Shown: piece by piece, positions 36,957-46,849 of the stretch
Layout: each line of letters begins with the position of its first letter
Numbering within the stretch: position 1 is the stretch's first letter
DNA from: a virus
Direction: 5' to 3' (one strand)
IMG/VR virus record: IMGVR_UViG_3300030328_002321
Coordinates: 1-64,000 of that record
DNA: 64,000 nt
Notes under the pieces: model-generated
What the model was told of the DNA's origin: nothing
The model's database searches: none
Seen by the model: the letters and a program-made list of their open reading frames with translations, nothing else
Made by a program: the position numbers and the translations under genes

Positions 36957-37957
36957 TGGCTATTGATCGTAGAGATAGTAACGATCACCTACATACCGAT
37001 GTCATACTTAGTAAAATTACTGAGTATGACATTTTTAGGTATTATTGTCCCAGTTTTAAAATACTTGGTAAGAAATTTAAAAGTGATCTTAGAGAAGATA
37101 AATCACCTACGGTTTCTATAATACCTTACAATGGCAAATTATTGTATAAAGATTTTGGTTCTTCTGATCATACTTTTGATTGTTTTAACTATGTAAAATT
37201 TAAATACAATTGTGATTTCTACTCTGCGCTAAACATTATTGACAATGATTTTAATCTTAACCTCAGTTCTAAAAAAGCTGGTATAAAATTTACTATGGGT
37301 CTTATGGCTTATAGACAAAATAAAGTACCATCTTATACTAAGTCTGAGGTTATTATTAAAAAGAAACGTCGACAATGGACTAGAGATGATGCAAAGTTTT
37401 GGGTTCAATATTTGGTTAGTAAGAAAATATTAACTATGTTTGGAGTCGAACCTATAAGTCATTTCTGGGTAAACAGTACTAGATTTACTTGTAAATCAAT
37501 TACTTACGCTTTTAGATTCAAAAATCGATATAAAATTTATTCTCCTTATGAAGAAACAAATAAGTGGTTAAGCAATACAAAAAAGACAGATGTTCAAGGC
37601 TATGACCAACTCCCGTATAAAGGTGAGAGACTTATCATTACTTCATCTCTTAAAGATGTTATGTGTTTGTATGCAGCAGGCTATAATGCTATTGCGCTAC
37701 AAAGTGAGATGCAAATACCTTCAGAAAAATTAGTAAAAGATTTAAAAGATAGATTTACTATAATAGATATTTTATACGACAATGATTTCGACAAAGTAAC
37801 AAATCCAGGCCAGACAATGGCTAAAAAGATTTGTGACTTATATGGTTTTAATAATATCTGCATACCTGATTATTATCAGTCTAAAGATCCATCAGACTTA
37901 ATTAAACAGATGTGTAGTTTTAATGAACTTAAAAACATATTAAATGAATCGAGATGA
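36956..37957 (+). CDS. dnaG: DNA primase (TOPRIM); start at ATG 36956
   Basis: LREDKSPT...YKDFG (Zn-finger-like remnant), IITSSLKDVM, YDND and KDPSD motifs. Confidence 0.85.
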   Translation: MAIDRRDSNDHLHTDVILSKITEYDIFRYYCPSFKILGKKFKSDLREDKSPTVSIIPYNGKLLYKDFGSSDHTFDCFNYVKFKYNCDFYSALNIIDNDFNLNLSSKKAGIKFTMGLMAYRQNKVPSYTKSEVIIKKKRRQWTRDDAKFWVQYLVSKKILTMFGVEPISHFWVNSTRFTCKSITYAFRFKNRYKIYSPYEETNKWLSNTKKTDVQGYDQLPYKGERLIITSSLKDVMCLYAAGYNAIALQSEMQIPSEKLVKDLKDRFTIIDILYDNDFDKVTNPGQTMAKKICDLYGFNNICIPDYYQSKDPSDLIKQMCSFNELKNILNESR

Positions 37958-39113
37958 AATTATTGAAAAATTTAGAAAACAAAAAGGGTGGTTAAAAAAA
38001 GGAGCGCAATGGTTAGCTGATAAATGGGAAGTAGATATTGCTATTATTAAAGATTGTAAAAAAATTGTATCTTCTGAAGAATGGGTACAAGAACGCATGA
38101 ATAATGATAATGGTCATGAGCTTAGTCAAAGTCAAGCTTTTTCAAAACATTTACTAGATAATGGTTTAACAATGGCAGATGTAAAGTCTGTTAAGTTTTG
38201 GCAAAATTTTAACGGGGAACAACGTTACAGTATAGTAACACACAATCAGTGGCATGAACAGCCCCAAGTTAAAGAAGAATTGCTAAACTATATTAAATCT
38301 ATATCACATAAAGTACCTAAATATAAATGGAAAAAAGCTAAAGATCCTATATGCTATGAAATATCTTTACCAGATATACATTATGGTAAAATTACAGATG
38401 AATCACCTGATGCATTAGAAAAACATTATATGCAAGCTATTGTAGATCTACATAGAAAAGCAGATGGTCTTGATATAGAAAGATTTTTATTGCCAATAGG
38501 TAATGATGGTCTAAATTCAGAAGGTTATTCACGAGCTACAACTAAAGGCACACCTCAACAAGATAGTATGCTATGGCGTCAGTCTTTTAGAGGTTATTGG
38601 CATTTAGTTACCAAAGCTATTGATTATTTAACACAATTTGCCCCGGTAGACGTTGTTGTAGTACAAGGTAATCATGACTTTGAACGTATGTTTTATGCTG
38701 GAGAAGTTTTAGCTGCAGTATATAACAATAATAAAAACGTTACTGTAGATAATGGTTTAGATGCACGTAAATACTACGAGTATGGAACAAATATGATAAT
38801 GTTTACACATGGGGACAAAGAAAAAGCGCAAGAGTTACCACTTTTGATTGCTACAGAACAACCTGAAATGTGGAGTAGATGTAAAATTAGAGAAGTACAC
38901 TGTGGACATAAGCATAAAGAAATGCTTAATGAGTACATGGGTACTAAAGTTAGATTTATACCATCTATTTGTGCTAACGACGCTTGGCATAAAACAAAAG
39001 GTTATGTAGGGACACTTAGATGCGGACAAGCATTTATTTGGAATAAGAATAGAGGTCTGGAAGGGTACCTACAAACAAATATTATGAGCTATGGCTTGGA
39101 AGAGACGAAGTAA
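37944..39113 (+). CDS. Calcineurin-like metallophosphoesterase with an N-terminal extension
   Basis: DIHYG, GND, GNHD, THGD and GHKH motifs. Confidence 0.88.
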   Translation: MNRDEIIEKFRKQKGWLKKGAQWLADKWEVDIAIIKDCKKIVSSEEWVQERMNNDNGHELSQSQAFSKHLLDNGLTMADVKSVKFWQNFNGEQRYSIVTHNQWHEQPQVKEELLNYIKSISHKVPKYKWKKAKDPICYEISLPDIHYGKITDESPDALEKHYMQAIVDLHRKADGLDIERFLLPIGNDGLNSEGYSRATTKGTPQQDSMLWRQSFRGYWHLVTKAIDYLTQFAPVDVVVVQGNHDFERMFYAGEVLAAVYNNNKNVTVDNGLDARKYYEYGTNMIMFTHGDKEKAQELPLLIATEQPEMWSRCKIREVHCGHKHKEMLNEYMGTKVRFIPSICANDAWHKTKGYVGTLRCGQAFIWNKNRGLEGYLQTNIMSYGLEETK

Positions 39114-39531
39114 ATCTAAAACTAAAGTTAAAAATGCTAAAAAGTCTACATATAAAGGTTTAGATTTTAAATCTAACTTAGAATTACACTGTTATAAGAA
39201 ATTAGAAACAGCTAAAATTGAAGTTAAATATGAAGAAGAAACCTTTACAATTTTTCCAGCAACAATTTACCCACAAGCATGCTATGAAGGTACCTCTAAA
39301 AAGCTTTACAATAAAGGTAGTAAGATTAGACCAATTACTTACACACCGGATTTTGTAGATCCAAAAGGTAAATTTATTATAGAAACAAAAGGCTATGCCA
39401 ATGAGTCTTTTCCTTTAAGATGGAAGTTATTTAAAAAACATCTTAAAGATAATAATCATCACTATGTGCTTTTTATGCCAAGAAACAAAAAGCAAGTAGA
39501 TGAGGTTGTAGAATTAATAAAACAGTTATAG
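39091..39531 (+). CDS. PD-(D/E)XK endonuclease (T7 endonuclease I-like resolvase)
   Basis: FKSNLE, YTPDF and IIETKG motifs. Confidence 0.85.
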   Translation: MAWKRRSKSKTKVKNAKKSTYKGLDFKSNLELHCYKKLETAKIEVKYEEETFTIFPATIYPQACYEGTSKKLYNKGSKIRPITYTPDFVDPKGKFIIETKGYANESFPLRWKLFKKHLKDNNHHYVLFMPRNKKQVDEVVELIKQL

Positions 39532-39657
39532 AGTAAACCTAGGTGGTTACCCCTAGACGGGCATTATAGCGAATGATTGACAAAACAACGAGTTATATTC
39601 CGGTTATATGTAAGTCCGCGTTTATTCTATTTATTAACCAATTAAACACTTTAAATT

Positions 39658-39858
39658 ATGGCTGAAACCGTTAGCCCTTGCTGTGGCTATGAATACAGCG
39701 AAGTAACATTTCCATGTGGATGCGAAATGTACCAATGTAACAATCCCAAATGTAACGATCATTTTGATGAGCCTATAGATGACTATGAATATAGACAACA
39801 AAGGCTTGATGAAATTGCAGAAGCACGTGCAGATGAAGCTCGTGATATGGGATACTAA
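39658..39858 (+). CDS. Small Zn-ribbon-like protein
   Basis: SPCCG...CGC...CNNPKC; preceded by the AACCAATTAAA motif. Confidence 0.6.
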   Translation: MAETVSPCCGYEYSEVTFPCGCEMYQCNNPKCNDHFDEPIDDYEYRQQRLDEIAEARADEARDMGY

Positions 39859-39883
39859 TATAAACCAATTAAACACAAATTTT

Positions 39884-42628
39884 ATGAGTATTAAAACTAT
39901 TGATAAGCCTATGCAAGGTAGCGCCGGCATAGCAAAGAAAATTAACAAAGGCGCTGAGAAGATGGTATTTGACATTCTTCAATCTACACAATATTCTATG
40001 CCAATTCAGTCTACTATTAGAGAACTTGTTACCAATGCATGTGACTCTCAGCGAGAAAAAGAAGTAGCAATAGAAATATTGACAGGTAAAAAGAAAGTTG
40101 AAGACTATTACATAGAACGCCATGGTGCGCAGTATGAAGATAGTAATTTTAATAAAAATTATTATAATCTAGCACATTTACAACATGATAAAAATCATAT
40201 TGATTTATTATATACACAAAATGAAGGTGTTGGATATTGTGATATATTTTCAGTTACTGATTATGGTGTAGGTATTGGATCAAGACGTTTAGAAGGTATA
40301 TTGGAACTGGGTTATTCTACGAAAAGAAATACCAGTGAAAATTTTGGTGCCTTTGGTCTTGGAGCAAAAGCTGCATTATCAACCGGTGTAGATTTCTATA
40401 CTATAGAAACTATATACAATGGTATGAGATTTAAATGCAACTGTTATAATTACAAAACTGATTTTATTATACCAGCTTTTAATATAAAAACAGGAATGCA
40501 GAATAAATTTATAACTTTTAGTGACGGTAGTAAAGTATATTATGAGCATTCTAATGAAGTAAATCAAACTACTATATCATTTGGTGTAAAACGTCACAAT
40601 CGTAATAAGTTTGAAGAAGCTATTGAAGAACAATTAATGTATTTTGACAACGTTAATTTTAATATTAAGTATGAGGGTGGTGAGTCTAGAGAAATGCATT
40701 TTAAAACTGAAGTACTTTACAACTCTAAAAACATAATAATTGGTGACAGTTACTATTTTAGTAAACCACATATTGTTCTTGTTAAAGATACAGATGCTTC
40801 TACAGGTATTAACTATGGTTTTATTGATTTTAAAGAACTAGAAATGCAACAAATGTATGGTTGTGTTGCTTTCAAATGTCCTGCTAGACAAGTGGTCACT
40901 AATGAAGACGGTACAGAAACTGTATTACAAGAAGGTGTAGATGTTACTCCATCTCGTGAGAAAGTTATATGGAACGAAGCTACTAAAAAATACATTAAAA
41001 GTGTAATTGAGTCAGCTGCTCAAGAAGCTAGTGATATGGTGGAAGAGCAATTGGAAGAAACTGATTTCTTGAAATGGATTGATAAATGTAGATCTATTAT
41101 ATCTGGGGACTCTGGTGAAAATAAAATCTTAAGTAAGATTGCGCGGATTATTGATAAAGACTTAATTAAACCTAAGTTTGGTCCTGATCCTAGAATTAAA
41201 TATAGTTCTATAACTAAATTATTTGATGGTCTAAAACTTATGAGACCAGTTTTAATAAATAGTACTATGGAACGAGAACCAGTAAAAGATTGGGGTGGAT
41301 TTGATGCTAAACATTTTTATGAAAGAAGAGAACAGTTTAGTAAATATAAAGATTCTTATTTACAACAATTAGATATAGAAGATTCTTATCTATCTAATAA
41401 AGTTTGTACTTACACTTTAGAGGATTTAAACTCTAGATTTAGTGAGTCTATACTTAAAGCTACAGGTGATGCACAAGTTAAACTTTTGAATGAAAAAGCT
41501 AGAGTAACAGCTAAAAGAACAGCAGTTCTTAAGTTTATTGAAGCTTCTGAATGGTATAAAAACTATGATGAAGTAGAAGTACCTGAAGAGTTTATTACAA
41601 AATGTAAAGATATAGAAGAAGAGCAATTAGAAAAAGCTAAATATAATAATTTAACAGCTGCAGAGCGCCGTGAGATAGAAAAGCGGATGGTAGCATATAC
41701 TGTTAGATGGGATGATCGTAAAGATGATAGGCTTACATTAGAAAAAATTGAGCCTAAAGCTAAAGATCTTATGGGTAGCTCTAATAGCATTTATTATTGT
41801 ACTAAAGAAGATGAAGATAAAATGAAAGCTGCTGCTTTATTACTTAAAGAAGTTGTTCCACATTTTAAAGAAGTTTATCCAAATGCTAGTTGGCATGATA
41901 ATGGTAATCAAAGAGAGTCTTCAAGTTATCCTATTTATTGGTATGAACATCCGCCAGTTAGATTTTTACAGTGGCAGCACAAAGGTGAGTATTATGAATG
42001 GGCTAATCCTAAACAAGGATGGGATACACCACAATTAATACGTGTTAGTCAAAATAAGGTTAAGTTTATTACACAAAACCCTAATGTTAAACACATTGAC
42101 GAACTATTTTTACAATTAACAGATAATAACGGATATACTATGGACAATTCACTTATTAAATATTACACAGCACATAAATTAGAGAAAATAAATAAATTTA
42201 GATTTATGCAAGGTTTAAAATGTATACACCCTGAATTACAAGAAGATTATTGTGAACTCATGGATTTGAGGAATAATAATTATTCAGAATGGGAATACAG
42301 AGAGGTACGCAAAATGGCTCCCTCTATAATTAAGCATATGGATAAATTATATGAATTTCAAAAGTTTATAACAGACTGTGATGATTCAGATTTAATAGAA
42401 GAAAAGTCTAAAGAACTGTTTGTTTTGTCAGATATTAGTGAGGCTAAAGCTGCTGATTTGAATATATTAGCTAAGTATGATAATATAGTAGAATTTGCAG
42501 AAGAAGTTAAACCGCTATTAGATGAATTATCGTGTCTTGAGAGTAGAGAATGTGATATGTCTCCTGAACTTGAGAAAGAGGTTAGAGTTTATTTAAGAGC
42601 TAAATCTAGAGAAGTATGGGAAGATTAA
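39884..42628 (+). CDS. rIIA: rIIA-like protein (GHKL/MORC-type ATPase); start at ATG 39884
   Basis: IRELVTNACDS, DYGVG, GAFGLGAKA and VTPSRE motifs. Confidence 0.85.
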   Translation: MSIKTIDKPMQGSAGIAKKINKGAEKMVFDILQSTQYSMPIQSTIRELVTNACDSQREKEVAIEILTGKKKVEDYYIERHGAQYEDSNFNKNYYNLAHLQHDKNHIDLLYTQNEGVGYCDIFSVTDYGVGIGSRRLEGILELGYSTKRNTSENFGAFGLGAKAALSTGVDFYTIETIYNGMRFKCNCYNYKTDFIIPAFNIKTGMQNKFITFSDGSKVYYEHSNEVNQTTISFGVKRHNRNKFEEAIEEQLMYFDNVNFNIKYEGGESREMHFKTEVLYNSKNIIIGDSYYFSKPHIVLVKDTDASTGINYGFIDFKELEMQQMYGCVAFKCPARQVVTNEDGTETVLQEGVDVTPSREKVIWNEATKKYIKSVIESAAQEASDMVEEQLEETDFLKWIDKCRSIISGDSGENKILSKIARIIDKDLIKPKFGPDPRIKYSSITKLFDGLKLMRPVLINSTMEREPVKDWGGFDAKHFYERREQFSKYKDSYLQQLDIEDSYLSNKVCTYTLEDLNSRFSESILKATGDAQVKLLNEKARVTAKRTAVLKFIEASEWYKNYDEVEVPEEFITKCKDIEEEQLEKAKYNNLTAAERREIEKRMVAYTVRWDDRKDDRLTLEKIEPKAKDLMGSSNSIYYCTKEDEDKMKAAALLLKEVVPHFKEVYPNASWHDNGNQRESSSYPIYWYEHPPVRFLQWQHKGEYYEWANPKQGWDTPQLIRVSQNKVKFITQNPNVKHIDELFLQLTDNNGYTMDNSLIKYYTAHKLEKINKFRFMQGLKCIHPELQEDYCELMDLRNNNYSEWEYREVRKMAPSIIKHMDKLYEFQKFITDCDDSDLIEEKSKELFVLSDISEAKAADLNILAKYDNIVEFAEEVKPLLDELSCLESRECDMSPELEKEVRVYLRAKSREVWED

Positions 42629-43479
42629 TAACTAAAGATATAAGAAAAACATTTAAGATTCGTGCTTCTGGACGATCTACAGATTTTATATCTCCTAGTT
42701 TTGGACATGGCTGTTTATATAATTGTTCTTATTGTTATATGAAACGTCATAAAGATAAAGGTTTGTCTATTGCTGTAAATACCGGTGATATATTAACAGC
42801 GATTAATAATCATGTATATTTTACAACAGTAGATAAACCTAATCAAACTCATGCAGAATACACCACTTATGATATTAGCTGTAACGAAGATTTTGCGTTG
42901 CATGCTAAATATCATGATTGGAAAAGAATATTTGAATTCTTTAGAGATCATCCTATAGCTATGGGCAGTTTTGCAACAAAATTTGTAAATCCTGACTTAA
43001 TTAACTTTGATCCTCAAGGTAAAATACGTATTAGATTTAGTTTAATGCCTCAGCATAAAGCAGATCTACACGAACGAGGTACTAGTAAAATAATAGATAG
43101 AATAAAAGCTATTGATGCATTTATTGATGCTGGATACGATGTACATGTTAATTATAGCCCTATTATAGTATATGATGGATGGCTAAAAGATTACAAATAT
43201 GTATTTGATATGATGAACGATTATGTTACATATAAAGATCAAGTTTTAGCAGAATGTATATTTTTAACTCACAATTTTAAGAAGCATGTTATAAATTTAG
43301 GTAGACACCCAGATACAGAAGTAGATTTATGGGTTCTAGACAAACAAGAAATAAAGCGCTCTCAATATGGAGGAGAAAATATTAGATATAAACTAGGAAT
43401 GAAATCTGAATATATAAAACAATTTACAAAATTACATGAAGCAACAATACCGTGGAATACAATACGGTATATTTTTTAA
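42616..43479 (+). CDS. splB: Spore photoproduct lyase-like radical SAM protein
   Basis: GCLYNCSYCY (CxxxCxxC), FATK, RIRFSLMP, RIKAI...GYDVHVNYSPII and FLTHN motifs typical of the SPL family. Confidence 0.8.
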   Translation: MGRLITKDIRKTFKIRASGRSTDFISPSFGHGCLYNCSYCYMKRHKDKGLSIAVNTGDILTAINNHVYFTTVDKPNQTHAEYTTYDISCNEDFALHAKYHDWKRIFEFFRDHPIAMGSFATKFVNPDLINFDPQGKIRIRFSLMPQHKADLHERGTSKIIDRIKAIDAFIDAGYDVHVNYSPIIVYDGWLKDYKYVFDMMNDYVTYKDQVLAECIFLTHNFKKHVINLGRHPDTEVDLWVLDKQEIKRSQYGGENIRYKLGMKSEYIKQFTKLHEATIPWNTIRYIF

Positions 43480-43496
43480 CCAATTAAATTTAAATT

Positions 43497-44663
43497 ATGA
43501 TTACAATTAATGTTATTGAAAACAAAATCTGTGGAAGTTATGGTGATACGCCATTCACAGTTGATTACAGTAAAGAACTGTATGATAGTATGAATGCCCT
43601 AGCAGTAGCTAGTGCTACAGTAGATACAATAGAAGAATACAATGAAATATTGGCTGCATTTGCGCCTTTATGCGTTGTAGATTATACTAAAACTATTGAA
43701 ACACAATGTGAATATATTCACGTTAATAAGGTTACAGGAGAATTCTTTCTTAAGCATAATGGAGTGGTATCAACGATACCTATGCCACAAGCGTTAGTAG
43801 ATAGAATATTTGATTCCTTAGATAAAGATCTAGACTTTATGCCTTTAATTAAAATGTGGACTAGATGGTTGCGTAACCCAATCTTGTGGAGAAAAATGAA
43901 GCAAGGTCATGGGAACGATTTCTGTGAGAGGTTCTTTAATTTTGTAAATATGCAATATGTGCATCCAAAATATAAAGATGAGCTTATAGAACAAGGTCTT
44001 ACTGATGAAGCAGCTTCTAAACGAGCAACAATGTACCAGATGAAAATCACCCATGAGGGATTACTAAATGGTTATAAAGTCTCAAGAGAAGTGCTTCATA
44101 AGTATGACGCAGAAACCGGTGAACAAATTGATCGTTACAAAAGAACGTTTAATGTTGATACTGGTGAAATAGAAGGCAATGGATTACCAGAGCACGTAGA
44201 AGATAGATTGTTTGAACCAGCTGTTATGGGTAACGGTGGTGATGCATTTTTCTGTGAAGGTGCAAACGGTTACGCAAATCCAGGGCATTTTATTAAAGTA
44301 GGTTGTACCCATAGACTTGCAGATTGGAGTCAAGTTAACGTTAATGATACAGTATCTTGCGTTAAAGGTCTTCATATCGGTGGGTTAAAATATATTGCTT
44401 GGTATAGTGGAGAAATTCACAATATCTTTGTAGATCCTATGCATATCGGGGCAGTGCCTTGTGATGAAGACGGAGCTATTAGATGTAAGCAATATTTTGT
44501 TCATTCTTCCCTAGTGGGTGTGAATGGATCTATTTACCACAGCTCTAGCTATGCAGCTATGACAGACGCTGAATGGGATGACATGCGCGCAAAAGCAGTG
44601 CAAGAAAGGTCTGAACGTAAAGCTCAAAGTGACAGGGAAGTTGCAGAGATCAATGCTCTGTAG
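43497..44663 (+). CDS. rIIB: rIIB-like protein
   Basis: WLRNP, ITHEGLLNGYK, SCVKGLHIG and VDPMHIGAVP...RCKQY motifs; follows rIIA. Confidence 0.75.
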   Translation: MITINVIENKICGSYGDTPFTVDYSKELYDSMNALAVASATVDTIEEYNEILAAFAPLCVVDYTKTIETQCEYIHVNKVTGEFFLKHNGVVSTIPMPQALVDRIFDSLDKDLDFMPLIKMWTRWLRNPILWRKMKQGHGNDFCERFFNFVNMQYVHPKYKDELIEQGLTDEAASKRATMYQMKITHEGLLNGYKVSREVLHKYDAETGEQIDRYKRTFNVDTGEIEGNGLPEHVEDRLFEPAVMGNGGDAFFCEGANGYANPGHFIKVGCTHRLADWSQVNVNDTVSCVKGLHIGGLKYIAWYSGEIHNIFVDPMHIGAVPCDEDGAIRCKQYFVHSSLVGVNGSIYHSSSYAAMTDAEWDDMRAKAVQERSERKAQSDREVAEINAL

Positions 44664-44786
44664 CTAGTGTTTAATTGGTAAGATATGAGGGGAGGTTAGT
44701 AATTTAATTAATAACTTTCAGCGGTTATACTTTGTGATAATTACAATTCCTCCCCTTTATATCGTTTACCTTAAAATTTAAAAAAA

Positions 44787-45539
44787 ATGACTAGAGATGA
44801 AAAAACGGCTTTAATTGATGGAGATAGTCTTATATATTATGAGATGAATAAATCAACATTAGAAGAGGCTATAGATGGTATAGATATGAGAATTATTCAA
44901 ATGCTTAATATAACTGGATGTACACACTACGCAGGTTTTCTAACCCAAGGTAAATGCTTTAGATACAACATAGCAACTACAAGACCATATAAATATAATA
45001 GAAAACGTGGTGATAAACCAATTATATTTCCAGCACTTAAAGAATATTTAAAACAAAAATGGAAGTTTACATATATTCCTGAACTAGAAGCGGATGATTT
45101 AGTATCAGTATATCATGATCCTTTAAAGACTGTGATATGCAGTCCAGATAAAGATGTGTTATATCAAAATAAAGTACATAATTATAATTATGGTAAAGCA
45201 GAATTTGCAACTATAGATGAGAATGAATCTTTAAGTTTTTTATGGAAACAAGTACTAATGGGAGACTCGACAGATGGAATAACCGGTATACCTAAAGTAG
45301 GTACGAAAACTGCAGAAGCATGGTTAGAAAATTTACTACCTGTAGAAATGCCTACATTTGTATTAAATAAATATATAGAAAAATTTGGATATTCTGAAGG
45401 AATTCATAGATTTACAGAAACATTTAAACTTATTTATATACTAAAAACTAAACAAGATGTATTAAGAGAGACCGGTATAGAATTACCAGAGCTTGAAATA
45501 CATAAAGTTGAACTTACAAATCAAGAAGAATTATGGTAA
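44787..45539 (+). CDS. 5'-3' exonuclease / RNase H-like flap nuclease
   Basis: LIDGD, YKYNR, EADD, DKD and GDSTDGITGIPKVG motifs. Confidence 0.9.
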   Translation: MTRDEKTALIDGDSLIYYEMNKSTLEEAIDGIDMRIIQMLNITGCTHYAGFLTQGKCFRYNIATTRPYKYNRKRGDKPIIFPALKEYLKQKWKFTYIPELEADDLVSVYHDPLKTVICSPDKDVLYQNKVHNYNYGKAEFATIDENESLSFLWKQVLMGDSTDGITGIPKVGTKTAEAWLENLLPVEMPTFVLNKYIEKFGYSEGIHRFTETFKLIYILKTKQDVLRETGIELPELEIHKVELTNQEELW

Positions 45540-46306
45540 TACAATGTGATGAACTAATATATACGCCTGTAAATGCTTTAACATTTAAAATTACAGGAAA
45601 CACTGTATGTTTAAAGCCTGTATACAAAAATAAAAAAATAGTTGCATTACAAGGGCCTGATAATATACTCCTTGATTTAGGTATAACTGTACTAGTTAAA
45701 AAATTAAAATACAAAGTTAATATTATAGAGAGAATTCCTAATGAGGTTCTCTCTATAACTAACAAAGTAGAATATCATATATCGATGGCTAAAAGAACTA
45801 AAGCTTCTACATTTCTTATGCCTATGCTGCCAGGAAGTAAAAAACTTTATTTTTGGAATAAATTATTTATGAATTGCTTTATAGCAACAGATGAAGATCA
45901 CGATTGTATTGCTTTACTTTTTAGATGGTCTTCAGATTTAAGATTTATTAAATTTGAAAAATTACTTTCAACATTTAAAATGTTTAGACGTAGATATGAT
46001 CCAAGCCCAAATCTTGTAATGTTTATTTTTGATATACCAAAAGGTTATAGAAGAGATTATAGAGCATTTAGATTAGGTAAATATTCTAAATTGTCACGAG
46101 AATATAAAATAGATATTTTAGATTTTCATGACGCTGATATACAAGACGAAGTAGGACAAATATTGTTTAAAAGCGCTAAACGTAGAGAATTACTCGAAGC
46201 AAAATTAGATGCAGAGCTTCCAGAAGACTCGGAACTATTGAGTATTTTAGACGTTAAAACAGAAACATATGATCCTAAAGTTTATAAATTAAAAAAATTA
46301 TTATGA
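45533..46306 (+). CDS. Hypothetical protein
   Basis: 257-aa ORF coupled to its neighbours; FRLGKYSKLS motif. Confidence 0.6.
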   Translation: MVIQCDELIYTPVNALTFKITGNTVCLKPVYKNKKIVALQGPDNILLDLGITVLVKKLKYKVNIIERIPNEVLSITNKVEYHISMAKRTKASTFLMPMLPGSKKLYFWNKLFMNCFIATDEDHDCIALLFRWSSDLRFIKFEKLLSTFKMFRRRYDPSPNLVMFIFDIPKGYRRDYRAFRLGKYSKLSREYKIDILDFHDADIQDEVGQILFKSAKRRELLEAKLDAELPEDSELLSILDVKTETYDPKVYKLKKLL

Positions 46307-46782
46307 AAATAGATGAAATAGTAAAATTAATAAGACATTCAAATTCTAGTACTAGAGGTGTTATAGGAAATAGATATAAAATAGTAGAACTTAAAAAAAC
46401 AGAAGTTAAACTTTGTAGTGAAGAGACTGATGATCACTGTTTTTATACTCATCCTGATAATGTAGAGCCTTTAGTACAATGTACCATTCCAGATTGGGTA
46501 GAAACACGTACGAGTACTTTACTAGAAGGCTCTTTTGAGGATAAATTAGATGAGGCCTCTAGTAATATTATAGAATTATTGAAAAGTAAAAACAAAGCTT
46601 ATGGTAACACTGCATTAAATCCTGTTAAAATATTTAGTAGGCTTGATGCTACAGAAGCTTTATGTGCACGTATCGACGATAAAATTATGCGTATAAAAAA
46701 TAAAGGTATTAATGATCAAACTGAAGATACAGTTGATGATCTTATAGGTTATTTACTTTTATTAAAAATGAGTATGCAATAA
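46303..46782 (+). CDS. DUF1599-like (all-alpha nucleotide pyrophosphatase-like) domain protein
   Basis: KNKAYGN...RIDDKIMRI...DTVDDLIGY. Confidence 0.7.
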   Translation: MKIDEIVKLIRHSNSSTRGVIGNRYKIVELKKTEVKLCSEETDDHCFYTHPDNVEPLVQCTIPDWVETRTSTLLEGSFEDKLDEASSNIIELLKSKNKAYGNTALNPVKIFSRLDATEALCARIDDKIMRIKNKGINDQTEDTVDDLIGYLLLLKMSMQ

Positions 46783-46811
46783 TGGGTATTGTTATATGGC
46801 CATCATAAATT

Positions 46812-46838
46812 AAAAGAGGGGGCAATTCCCCCTTTTTT
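46812..46838. terminator. Bidirectional terminator where the two transcription blocks converge
   Basis: AAAAGAGGGGG-CAATT-CCCCCTTTTTT. Confidence 0.8.
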
Positions 46839-46849
46839 ACAGCCCCCTT

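Noticed and set aside
39779-39883. N-terminal extension of rIIA in the ORF track
   Set aside because: It overlaps the 66-aa gene, and the leader motif points to ATG 39884
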